DNA of 58,610 nucleotides, taken from the NCBI GenBank assembly GCA_964646485.1, contig CAZYEA010000001.1:1-58610 (forward strand), given 5' to 3'. This document shows, in pieces, positions 26,164 to 35,042 of the stretch; position 1 is the first letter of the stretch, and each line of letters opens with the position of its first letter. A model generated the notes under the pieces. The model had not been told where the DNA came from. It was given only the letters and a program-made list of their open reading frames with translations, and searched no databases. Both the position numbers and the translations under genes were made by a program. This stretch comes from an uncultured Acidobacteriota bacterium. Its GTDB lineage: Bacteria; Acidobacteriota; Vicinamibacteria; Fen-336; JAGNNV01.

Positions 26164-29100
26164 ACGGCCGCGAAAGAGCGCCTCATCCCCGCTTCCGGGC
26201 CAGGCCGAACTTGACCGGCGCCGTCTTCGCCCTCGTCGGAGCCCTTGTCGCCTCCGGGGCCCAGGGTCCGGCCACGGGCGAGCAGCTTCAGCAGCACCGC
26301 AACCTCGGCAAGGCCTTCTACGAGAACCCCGCGACCCAGTACGACGCGGTGGGGGAGCTCGAGAAGGCTCTGGCCCTCGCTCCGGATTCCGCCCGCGAAC
26401 GGGTCAACTATGGCCTGGCCCTGCTGCGCGCGGGCCAGGCGGAGAAGGGCATCGTCGAACTCGAGAAGGCGCAGAAGCAGGATCCGTCGATCCCGCACAC
26501 CTGGTTCAACCTCGGGATCGCCTACAAGCAGGCCTCGCAGTACGACAAAGCCACCGCCCAGCTCGAGAGGATGGTCCAGCTCGCTCCCGACGATCCCATC
26601 TCCCACTACAACCTCGGCGTGCTGTACAAACTGGCGGGACGCCTCGACGACGCCATTCGGGAGTGGCAGCGCGCCGCGGCCCTCGACGCCAAACTCGCCG
26701 GACCGCACTTCCAACTCGCCACCGCCTATCGTCAGACCAAACGCCCCGACGAGGCCAGCAGGGAGATGGCGACCTTCACCGAGATCAAGCAGCGCCAGCA
26801 GGGCGCCGCTTTTCCCGAAGACCTCGAGTGGAGCTATTACTCGGAACTGTACGACGTCATCGAGCCGCGCAGCTTCGGCAGTGAGCGACCGGCGGCTTCG
26901 CTCCGCTTCGAAGCCCGGGCGGTGGGCGCCGGACTGGACGCGCCGACCGCGGGGGCGGTGGTCCTCGACGTTTCGGGCGACGGAACACCCGACCTCCTGG
27001 CCTGGTCGAGCCGCGGGGTCGCCCTCTACACCGGCGGCGCCCGCAAGCGAACGGACAGCGGTCTTGAAGCGATTCGCGCGGCGGTCGAGGTGGTGCCCGG
27101 TGACTTCGACAACGATGGTCTCACCGACCTCGTGGTGCTGACCTCCGCGGGCGCCACCCTCTATCGACAGCAGGGCGGGCGGTTCCAGGCTCAAGCGGCA
27201 GCACTCCCGCAGGGCGTCTTCCAGAAGGCCCTGTGGATCGACTACGACCACGACTACGACCTCGACCTCCTGCTTCTCGGAACGAACTCGAAGCTCCTTC
27301 GCAACCAGGGCGAGAAAGGGTGGGTGGATCGCACCGCCGACTTTCCCTTCGTCGCCGGTGCGGCGGTGGGCGCCGCCGCGTTCCACGCTGTCGCCGACAC
27401 CCAGGGCATGGATCTGGTCGTGGCCTATGCCGGCCGGGCCGGCGTCCTCTACCGGGATCGCCTGGCCGGTCGCTACGAAGCCGTGCCCCTGCCTGGCCTG
27501 CCCGCGGGCAGTTCAAGCCTGGCCGCTCACGATCTCGACGCCGACGGCTGGACCGACCTCACCGCTGGCGATTCTCGCCGCACGGTTCTTCTCGTCAACG
27601 ACCGCAAGGGCGGGTTCGCCCCGCGCGCGCAGATCGCCGCGGGCGCGCCCGCGCTTTGGGCCGACTTCGACAATCGGGCGCTCAGCGATCTGGTGGCCTC
27701 GGGGCGGACTCACCGCAACCTTGGCCTCGGCAAGCTCGCTCAGGGCGCGGCGCCCGTCGGGTGGCCCGCGTCCATGGTGGCCGCCGCCGCCGCGGACTTC
27801 GATGGGGACGGGAGGCTCGACCTTTCCGTCATCGACGGGAAAGGCTCCGTGCAAGTCCTCTCGAACCGCACCGAATCGAAGAACCGCTGGCTCGGAGTAG
27901 TGCTCGAAGGCACCAAGAACCTGAAGCGCGCGGAGGGGGCCGAGGTCGAGGTGCGGGCCGGCACCAGCTACCAGAAGAAGATCTACACCGGCCGGATGCT
28001 GCTCTTCGGCCTCGCTGATCACGCCGAGGTCGACACCGTGCGCATCACCTGGCCGAACGGTCTGATCCAGAACGAATCCCGGCAGACGGCGGGTCGCCAC
28101 CAATACAAGGAAGCGCAGCGACTCTCGGGTTCCTGCCCGATGATCTACACCTGGAACGGATCGGAGTTCGAGTTCATCACCGATGTGCTCGGCGTGGCGC
28201 CGCTCGGGGCGAGCTCGGGTGAGGGCGAATATTTCCCCGTCGACCACGACGAGGTGATCCAGATTTCCGGCGATTCGCTCGTCCCCCATGAGGGGGCTTA
28301 CGAGATCCGGATCGTCGAGGAGCTGCGCGAAGTCGCGTTCCTCGACGGGATCCATCTCACCGCGGTCGACCGCCCCGCGGGCATCTCCATCTTCACCAAC
28401 GACAAGTTCAAGTCCCCGCCCTTTCCCGAGTTCCGACTCTTCGGGGTGGAACAGCGGATCCCGCCCGTCCGCGCGTACGACGACCGGGGCCGCGATGTGC
28501 GGGATCTCTTGTTGAAGGCGGATCGCCGTTATCCGGACGGGTTCGATCGAAACCTGGCCGGGGTTGCCCGGCTGCACCACCTCGACCTCGACTTTGGCGC
28601 CGCCGCCCCCGATGGTCGGGCGATTCTGGTCCTCTCCGGCTGGGTGGACTGGGCGGATGGTTCGACCTACCTTGGCAGCGCCCAGTCCAGCACATCCGGT
28701 CTGGTGATGCCGTCCGTCCAAGTGAAAGATGAGCGGGGAGAATGGCAGACGGTGATCGCGGACATGGGGATTCCGGCGGGAAAGCCCAAGTCCATCGTGG
28801 TGGATTTGAGCGGTAAATTCCTCTCGGCCTCGCGCGAAGTCCGCATCGTCACCAATCTGTGCGTCTACTGGGACGAGATCTTCCTTTCCCCGGACACCGC
28901 GGCGCCCCCGGCCCGGCTGACCGAGCTGAAGGCAGCGAGCGCCGACCTCCGCTTCCGAGGGTTCTCGGAAGTGGTCATCCACCCCGAGCGGCTTCAGCCG
29001 GAGCGCTTCATCTACGCGAACTCCCGCCCGACCACCATGTGGAATCCCACTCCCGGGCTTTATACCCGCTACGGCGACGTGCAGCCTCTGCTCGGCACCA

Positions 29101-29420
29101 TCGATGATCGCCTCGTGATCATGGGCTCCGGGGACGAGCTGCGCCTGCGCTTCGACGCTTCCACCCTACCCCCGCTGCGGGCAGGTTGGCGCCGCGATTT
29201 CCTACTGACGGTGGACGGATGGGCCAAGGACGGGGACGCCAACACCGCCTATTCGCAGAGCGTCGAGCCGTTGCCGTATCACGCCATGCCCCAGTACCCT
29301 TACCTTGCGCCCGACTCGTACCCGAGCGACGGCGAGCACACGATTTACCGGGAGCACTACAATACCCGGCCGGCTCTGCGCCTGGTTCGCCCGTTGACCG
29401 AGGGTCTGGACCGGCGTTGA
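26160..29420 (+). CDS. large TPR plus FG-GAP/ASPIC protein with an extra roughly 450-aa C-terminal domain
   Basis: 1086 aa; GTG 26160 overlaps the upstream TGA; N-terminal TPR units ('GKAFYENP','VNYGLALLRAGQAEKG','WFNLGIAYKQ','HYNLGVLYKLAGRLDDA'), 'GDFDNDGLTD'/'DFDGDGRLD' repeats, ASPIC-like block around 27880-28076, then unassigned sequence to 29417. Confidence 0.8.
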   Translation: MNGRERAPHPRFRARPNLTGAVFALVGALVASGAQGPATGEQLQQHRNLGKAFYENPATQYDAVGELEKALALAPDSARERVNYGLALLRAGQAEKGIVELEKAQKQDPSIPHTWFNLGIAYKQASQYDKATAQLERMVQLAPDDPISHYNLGVLYKLAGRLDDAIREWQRAAALDAKLAGPHFQLATAYRQTKRPDEASREMATFTEIKQRQQGAAFPEDLEWSYYSELYDVIEPRSFGSERPAASLRFEARAVGAGLDAPTAGAVVLDVSGDGTPDLLAWSSRGVALYTGGARKRTDSGLEAIRAAVEVVPGDFDNDGLTDLVVLTSAGATLYRQQGGRFQAQAAALPQGVFQKALWIDYDHDYDLDLLLLGTNSKLLRNQGEKGWVDRTADFPFVAGAAVGAAAFHAVADTQGMDLVVAYAGRAGVLYRDRLAGRYEAVPLPGLPAGSSSLAAHDLDADGWTDLTAGDSRRTVLLVNDRKGGFAPRAQIAAGAPALWADFDNRALSDLVASGRTHRNLGLGKLAQGAAPVGWPASMVAAAAADFDGDGRLDLSVIDGKGSVQVLSNRTESKNRWLGVVLEGTKNLKRAEGAEVEVRAGTSYQKKIYTGRMLLFGLADHAEVDTVRITWPNGLIQNESRQTAGRHQYKEAQRLSGSCPMIYTWNGSEFEFITDVLGVAPLGASSGEGEYFPVDHDEVIQISGDSLVPHEGAYEIRIVEELREVAFLDGIHLTAVDRPAGISIFTNDKFKSPPFPEFRLFGVEQRIPPVRAYDDRGRDVRDLLLKADRRYPDGFDRNLAGVARLHHLDLDFGAAAPDGRAILVLSGWVDWADGSTYLGSAQSSTSGLVMPSVQVKDERGEWQTVIADMGIPAGKPKSIVVDLSGKFLSASREVRIVTNLCVYWDEIFLSPDTAAPPARLTELKAASADLRFRGFSEVVIHPERLQPERFIYANSRPTTMWNPTPGLYTRYGDVQPLLGTIDDRLVIMGSGDELRLRFDASTLPPLRAGWRRDFLLTVDGWAKDGDANTAYSQSVEPLPYHAMPQYPYLAPDSYPSDGEHTIYREHYNTRPALRLVRPLTEGLDRR

Positions 29421-29454
29421 AGTCGAGCCTTCTCTAAAAGCGAGGACAGTCCAA

Positions 29455-32364
29455 GTGAGCCAGGAATTGCCCCCGAACTCCGTCGCACCACCGCCCCCGC
29501 CGCGACGCTACCGTCAGGCCGTGGGCCCGCGCCTCACCAAGGTGCTCGCCGCCGTCTTCGGCCTCTTTGCGCTGCTCTCCATCAATTCCGTCTACCTGGC
29601 CGGGGTGACGATTCTCGAATCGGCCACGGGGCGCACCTATCAGAACTGGTTCTACATGAACATGTTCCTGGTGCATCTCATTCTGGGATTGCTGCTCGTG
29701 GTTCCGACCGTGGTGTTCGGGTTCGTCCATATGAGCAACACCTACGACCGGCGGAATCGCCGGGCGGTCAAGGTCGGATACGCCCTGTTCGCGACCGCTC
29801 TGGCTCTGCTCGCGAGCGGCATCGTGCTGACGCGGCTCGAAGGCGTGATCGTGATCAAGGACCCGGCCGTGCGCTCGGTCGCCTACTGGGCTCATGTGAT
29901 CACCCCATTTCTCGCGGCCTGGCTGTTCGTTCTCCACCGGCTGGCCGGGAAGAAGATCCGCTGGGAAGTGGGCCGGCGGATCGGGGGCGTGGCCGTGGCC
30001 TTCGGCGTGGTCATGCTGGTGTGGCAGACCCAGGACCCGAGGCGGTGGAACGTGGCCGGGCCCGCTTCGGGCGAGAAATACTTCTTTCCTTCTCTGGCCC
30101 GTACCGCCACCGGAAACTTCATCCCCGAGCGGGTGTTGAACGACGATGCGTACTGCAAGGAATGTCACGCCGACACTCACGCGAGCTGGTCATCCAGCGC
30201 GCATCGCTTCTCTTCGTTCAACAACCCCCTCTACCTGTTCTCCGTTCGGGAGACCCGGAAGGTCGCCTTCGAACGCGACAAGGACATGCAGGCCTCGCGC
30301 TTTTGCGCCGGGTGTCACGATCCCGTGGTGTTCTTCTCCGGCAAGTTCGACGACCCCAAGTTCGATGATGTGAATGACCCCGCGGGCCAGGCAGGAATCA
30401 CCTGCACCGCCTGCCACGCCATCACCAACCTCAATTCACCTCGGGGCAACAGCGACTTCACCATCGAGGAACCGGTCCACTATCCCTTCACCTTCAGCGA
30501 AGCCCCTTCCCTGCGCTGGGTCAGCCGGCAGCTGGTCAAGGCGAAGCCCGAGTTCCACACGAAGACCTTCCTCAAGCCCCTGCACAAGACCGCGGAGTTC
30601 TGCGGGGCCTGCCACAAGGTGCACCTGCCCGAACAGCTCAACAAGTACAAGTGGCTGCGCGGCCAGAACCATTACGACTCCTTCCTGTTGAGCGGCGTTT
30701 CCGGCCACTTCGTGGCGAGCTTCTACTATCCGGCGAAAGCGGAGCCGAACTGCAGCACCTGCCACATGAAGCCGCAGCCCTCCACCCAGTTTGCGGCGCG
30801 GAGCCTCGATGATTCGGGCGAGCTCAAGATCCACGACCACATGTTCCCCTCCGCCAACACGGCGCTGCCTCATCTGCTGAAGCTCGACCCGAAGGTCAAC
30901 CAGAAACACCGCGATTTCAACGCCGGGGTCATGCGCGTGGACATCTTCGGGGTGAAGGAGGACGGCCGCATCGATGGCGGGCTCGTAGCTCCCCTGCGTC
31001 CAAACGTGCCGGTGCTGGTGCCGGGAAAGACCTATCTCCTCGAGACCGTGATACGCACGCTCAAGATGGGGCACCTCTTCACCGAGGGCACCGCCGACTC
31101 GAACGAAGCCTGGCTCGACATTCGGGTCACCACGAAGAACCCCGACGGAAGCGAGCGGGTCATCGGCCGCAGCGGCGGGCTCGGATCGGGCAACCAGGTC
31201 GACCCCTGGTCCCACTTCGTCAACAATTACGTGCTCGACCGGAACGGGAACCGTATCGACCGCCGCAACGCCCAGGACATTTTCGTGGCGCTCTACAACC
31301 ACCAGATCCCGCCCGGCGCCGCGGATTCCATTCACTACCAGCTCATCGTGCCCAAAGACGTCAAGACCCCGGTCACCGTGGAAGCGAGGCTCCAGTACCG
31401 CAAGTTCGACACCACCTACATGAAGTTCGTGTACGGCAAGGACAGCGTGAACGAACTGCCGATCATGACCTTGGCGAGCGACGTGGTCGTCTTCCCGGTG
31501 ACGCCGGGCGCCTCCGTGGAGAACGGCCCGCCTCCCACCCCCGAGTGGCAGCGCTGGAACGACTACGGCATCGGCCTGCTGCGGAAGGGCGGAAAAACCA
31601 AGGGCGAGTTGCGCCAGGCCGAGCAGGCCTTTTCGCAGGTCGAGGCTCTGGGCCGTCCCGATGGCCCGCTGAACCTCGCCCGGGTCTACTTCCTGCAGGG
31701 GACCGTCCAGGACCAGGCCATTGCCGCACTCAAGCGGGCCGCCGCCTTCAACCCTCCCGCTCCGCCCTGGACCGTCGCCTGGTTCACGGGTCAGGTCAAC
31801 AAGCAGAACGGCTACCTCGACGAGGCCATTGCCTCGTTCCGCAGCATCCTGGCCGCGGACAACACCGAGACCCGGGGCCGGGGCTTCGACTTCTCCAAGG
31901 CCTACCTGCTCATCAACGAGCTGGCGCAGACCCTCTTCGAACGGGCCAAGCAGGAGCGGGGGGAGTCGGGAAAGACGCTCCGCACCCAGCTGCTTCAGGA
32001 AGCGCGAGCCCAGTTTGAGCGCGTGCTCGAACTGGATCCCGAGAATGCCACCGCGCACTTCAACCTCGATCTGCTTTACCGGCAGCTGGGAGATAAGGAC
32101 AAGGCCCAGGCCCACGCCGCCCTCTATCAGAAGTACAGAGTCGATGACAATGCCCGAGACCACGCGGTGACGGTCGCCCGCACCAATGACCCCGCGGCCA
32201 ATCACGCCGCCGAGGCCATCGTCATCTACGACCTCAACCGGCGCGAGGCCTTCGAGACCGGTCCCGGGCCGCGCGCCGCGGCCCCGCTGGAACTCATCGT
32301 CCCCGTTCCTCCAGCGGCCAAACCTCCAGCCGAGGCGAAGGCTCCCGCGGGAGGGGTGCGATGA
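29455..32364 (+). CDS. membrane-anchored multihaem (5 x CXXCH) cytochrome c fused to C-terminal TPR repeats
   Basis: 969 aa; about 5 N-terminal hydrophobic helices; CKECH, CAGCH, CTACH, CGACH and CSTCH between 30154 and 30765; C-terminal TPR-like units ('AHFNLDLLYRQLGDKDKAQ'). Confidence 0.8.
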   Translation: MSQELPPNSVAPPPPPRRYRQAVGPRLTKVLAAVFGLFALLSINSVYLAGVTILESATGRTYQNWFYMNMFLVHLILGLLLVVPTVVFGFVHMSNTYDRRNRRAVKVGYALFATALALLASGIVLTRLEGVIVIKDPAVRSVAYWAHVITPFLAAWLFVLHRLAGKKIRWEVGRRIGGVAVAFGVVMLVWQTQDPRRWNVAGPASGEKYFFPSLARTATGNFIPERVLNDDAYCKECHADTHASWSSSAHRFSSFNNPLYLFSVRETRKVAFERDKDMQASRFCAGCHDPVVFFSGKFDDPKFDDVNDPAGQAGITCTACHAITNLNSPRGNSDFTIEEPVHYPFTFSEAPSLRWVSRQLVKAKPEFHTKTFLKPLHKTAEFCGACHKVHLPEQLNKYKWLRGQNHYDSFLLSGVSGHFVASFYYPAKAEPNCSTCHMKPQPSTQFAARSLDDSGELKIHDHMFPSANTALPHLLKLDPKVNQKHRDFNAGVMRVDIFGVKEDGRIDGGLVAPLRPNVPVLVPGKTYLLETVIRTLKMGHLFTEGTADSNEAWLDIRVTTKNPDGSERVIGRSGGLGSGNQVDPWSHFVNNYVLDRNGNRIDRRNAQDIFVALYNHQIPPGAADSIHYQLIVPKDVKTPVTVEARLQYRKFDTTYMKFVYGKDSVNELPIMTLASDVVVFPVTPGASVENGPPPTPEWQRWNDYGIGLLRKGGKTKGELRQAEQAFSQVEALGRPDGPLNLARVYFLQGTVQDQAIAALKRAAAFNPPAPPWTVAWFTGQVNKQNGYLDEAIASFRSILAADNTETRGRGFDFSKAYLLINELAQTLFERAKQERGESGKTLRTQLLQEARAQFERVLELDPENATAHFNLDLLYRQLGDKDKAQAHAALYQKYRVDDNARDHAVTVARTNDPAANHAAEAIVIYDLNRREAFETGPGPRAAAPLELIVPVPPAAKPPAEAKAPAGGVR
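30154..30765 (+). other. haem-c attachment region (five CXXCH motifs)
   Basis: First motif TGC..CAC at 30154-30168 (CKECH), last at 30751-30765 (CSTCH); read directly from the DNA and translation. Confidence 0.8.
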
Positions 32365-34274
32365 CCGACGAACAAGCGAAACCGCCCGCCGACCCCGAGG
32401 TGAAAGGGCCCTCCACGGACCCCACCCTCGAAGAGGACACGGGGGACGATTCGATCATTGGCATCGCCTTTCGCCGGTCGATGGTGGTGATCCTTCTCGT
32501 GGCCGCGATCGGGCTCCTCGGCTACTGGCTGATTCGCCGATCCGGTCCGGCCGCTCCCCAGAAGGCGATCGTGGCGGGAGGTCCCGAGGCGGTGGTCGCC
32601 CCGGCCGCGGTGGCGCCGCTCGTGCCCTTCACCGACGTCGCGGCCGAATCCGGGGTGAAATTCGTCCACACGAACGGCGCCTATGGGGACAAGCTGTTGC
32701 CTGAAACCATGGGGGGCGGCGTCGCCGTCTTCGACGTCGACGGTGACGGCGACATGGATCTTCTCTTCGTTGATTCCGGGGCGTGGCCGCATCACCGGAG
32801 CGGAAAGCCGTCGGGACCTCCCGTGGCCTTGTACCGCAACGACACGATCCCGGGCCAGCCCCTGCGTTTTACTGACGTCACGCACGCGTGGGGTCTCGAC
32901 ACCGCGCCTTCCGCCCCGCTCTACGGCATGGGCGTCGCGGTGGGGGACTATGACGGAGACGGCGATCGCGACATATTCCTGACCGGCAAGGGTCCGAACC
33001 GGCTGCTGCGCAACGACTCGGGTCACTTCACGGACGTCACCCGCACCGCGGGGGTCGGAGGCCTCGCGGAGGATTGGTCGACGAGCGCCGCCTTCTTCGA
33101 CTACGACAAAGACGGCGACCTGGACCTGTTCGTCTGTAACTATGTCCACTGGTCCAAGGAGATCGACTTCAAGCTCGACTTCCGGCTGACCGGAGTCGGC
33201 CGCGCCTTCGGCCCGCCCCAGAACTACGAGGGCAGCTTCCCCTACCTGTATCGCAATGACGGCAACGGCCGGTTCACCGACGTTTCCGAGAAGAGCGGGG
33301 TTCGGGTGAAGAACCCCGCGACCAAGCTCCCGATGGCCAAGTCCCTCGCGGTGGCGCCCGTGGACGTCGATGGCGATGGCCGGATCGACCTCCTGATTGC
33401 CAACGACACCGTTCGCAAGTTCTTCTTCCACAATCAGGGTCCGGGCCCTGACGGGATGGTGACGTTCAAGGAAGCGGGAGAGGAATTCGGCCTCGCTTAC
33501 GACCGCAACGGCAATGCCACCGGCGCCATGGGCGCCGATGCTGCTTACCACCGGAACGACAAGAACCTCGCCTTCGCCATCGGCAACTTCGCGAACGAGA
33601 TGACCTCGTTCTATGTGGCGCAGGATGACCCCGCCTTCTTCGTCGACGAGGCGATTGGCGAGGGAATCGGGGCGCCGAGCCGGCTGATGCTGACCTTTGG
33701 CCTGTTCTTCTTCGACGCCGACCTCGACGGTCGCCTCGATCTTTTGCAGGCGAACGGCCACGTGGAAGAGGAGATCGCCAAAGTCGATCCAAGCCAGGCC
33801 TACCGCCAGCCCGGCCAGCTCTTCTGGAATTCGGGCCGCGGCTTTCAGCTGCTACCGGACGCGAGCGTCTCCGACCTCGCGCGAAAGATCGTGGGACGCG
33901 GGGCGGTCTACGCCGACCTCGATGGCGACGGCGACCTCGATGTGGTGCTCACCCAGATCGCCGGTCCGCCTCTGGTCCTGCGCAATGATCAGAAGTCCGG
34001 TCACCACTGGCTGCGCGTGCGGCTCCAGCAGGACGGAAATAACCGCGATGCCCTGGGTGCGTCGGTCGAAGTACGCGCGGGCGGACTCACCCAGCGGCGG
34101 CAAGTGATGCCGGCGCGAAGCTATCTCTCCCAGGTCGAGCCAACCGTCACCTTCGGCCTCGGCTCCGTGGAGAGCATCGACAGTGTGGATGTGACCTGGC
34201 CGGATGGCGCCAGGGAAAATGTCACCCCGGTCGGCGTTGACCGAACGCTGAGCGTTGTGCGAAAGGTGAAGTAG
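32361..34274 (+). CDS. membrane-anchored CRTAC1-family protein (FG-GAP/VCBS plus ASPIC/UnbV)
   Basis: ATG 32361 overlaps the upstream TGA (ATGA); TM helix 'MVVILLVAAIGLLGYWLI'; 'DVDGDGDMD','DYDGDGDRD','DYDKDGDLD','DLDGDGDLD' repeats; 'NNRDALGASV...ARSYLSQV...FGLG'. Confidence 0.85.
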   Translation: MTDEQAKPPADPEVKGPSTDPTLEEDTGDDSIIGIAFRRSMVVILLVAAIGLLGYWLIRRSGPAAPQKAIVAGGPEAVVAPAAVAPLVPFTDVAAESGVKFVHTNGAYGDKLLPETMGGGVAVFDVDGDGDMDLLFVDSGAWPHHRSGKPSGPPVALYRNDTIPGQPLRFTDVTHAWGLDTAPSAPLYGMGVAVGDYDGDGDRDIFLTGKGPNRLLRNDSGHFTDVTRTAGVGGLAEDWSTSAAFFDYDKDGDLDLFVCNYVHWSKEIDFKLDFRLTGVGRAFGPPQNYEGSFPYLYRNDGNGRFTDVSEKSGVRVKNPATKLPMAKSLAVAPVDVDGDGRIDLLIANDTVRKFFFHNQGPGPDGMVTFKEAGEEFGLAYDRNGNATGAMGADAAYHRNDKNLAFAIGNFANEMTSFYVAQDDPAFFVDEAIGEGIGAPSRLMLTFGLFFFDADLDGRLDLLQANGHVEEEIAKVDPSQAYRQPGQLFWNSGRGFQLLPDASVSDLARKIVGRGAVYADLDGDGDLDVVLTQIAGPPLVLRNDQKSGHHWLRVRLQQDGNNRDALGASVEVRAGGLTQRRQVMPARSYLSQVEPTVTFGLGSVESIDSVDVTWPDGARENVTPVGVDRTLSVVRKVK

Positions 34275-34286
34275 TCCGCGGGGCGC

Positions 34287-34463
34287 CTACACCTCGTGGA
34301 CGAGCTGCGCGATCATTTCCGGCGAAGGCGGGTTCGCGGCCAGCTCTGGATGCGCCATCTTCGCGTGGATGCCGACGTGCTGCATCAGCTCTTCTTTGGA
34401 CTCCGCCACCACCTCAAACGGGCACTTCGATCCGGTTTCCGCACATACGAGTTTCAAAGCCAT
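34287..34463 (-). CDS. DUF1059-like small protein
   Basis: Trimmed to ATG 34463 with AGGAGG Shine-Dalgarno; 58 aa 'MALKLVCAETGSKCPFEV...EELMQHVGIHAKMAHPE' matches my memory of the DUF1059 pattern. Confidence 0.65.
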   Translation of the reverse strand: MALKLVCAETGSKCPFEVVAESKEELMQHVGIHAKMAHPELAANPPSPEMIAQLVHEV

Positions 34464-34521
34464 GAGAACCTCCTGAGGAAATTGAAGTAAGGGTTGTCTT
34501 CGTCTGAGTCGTCCTGAAATC

Positions 34522-35010
34522 TCACCCGCGAGCTGGCCGCGGGGCCGCGCGTCTGTGCTTTCGGGCCTCGGGGGCGTCCGCTCGCGCACGCTCCTTGAAA
34601 TAGGCGCCGAGAGGCTTCCAGTAGTAGTCGATCCACCCCTGCTCATAGGAGCCAGCCTGACTCGCGGGCACGTTCGAGTGCACCATCCGCAACTCCGTGC
34701 CCCTGGTCACCGGCTTGAAGGTCAACTCCAGGCGCGAGACCGGGGCGCCCGCGGGCCATTCCGTGGTGGACCAGTCCTGCACGATTCGCTTTCCGGGCAC
34801 GAGCTCGCGGTGGACGCTGTCGATGTAGCCGCCGCAGGCATGGAAGTGGCTTCCCACGCGACGGCTGCCTTTCGCGGGCGAGCCCGTGAATTTCGCGTGA
34901 ATCCCCGGATCGATGAAGGCCTCGTAAACGTCCGCGGGGGTCGCGGGGATGAGCACCTTTTGCCGGATGGTTTTCACCATCGAAGATGTCGAACCCGGAC
35001 CTTTCGGCAT
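34522..35010 (-). CDS. SRPBCC/AHSA1-like (START-fold) protein
   Basis: 162 aa; 'IRQKVLIPATPADVYEAFIDP...KF' N-terminal pattern and 'GWIDYYWKPLGAYF' C-terminal helix typical of the Aha1/SRPBCC family. ATG 34980 is an alternative start. Confidence 0.6.
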   Translation of the reverse strand: MPKGPGSTSSMVKTIRQKVLIPATPADVYEAFIDPGIHAKFTGSPAKGSRRVGSHFHACGGYIDSVHRELVPGKRIVQDWSTTEWPAGAPVSRLELTFKPVTRGTELRMVHSNVPASQAGSYEQGWIDYYWKPLGAYFKERARADAPEARKHRRAAPRPARG

Positions 35011-35042
35011 CTTGGGATGCTACGAAGCAGCGCGGCCCGTTG

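Noticed and set aside
19800-34000. Recurrent 'GACTACGACAACGACGG'-like DNA strings as possible DNA repeats or a CRISPR-like array
   Set aside because: They are the coding image of the FG-GAP 'DYDNDG' protein repeat. Their spacing is irregular, they sit inside long ORFs, and there are no conserved direct repeats with unique spacers.
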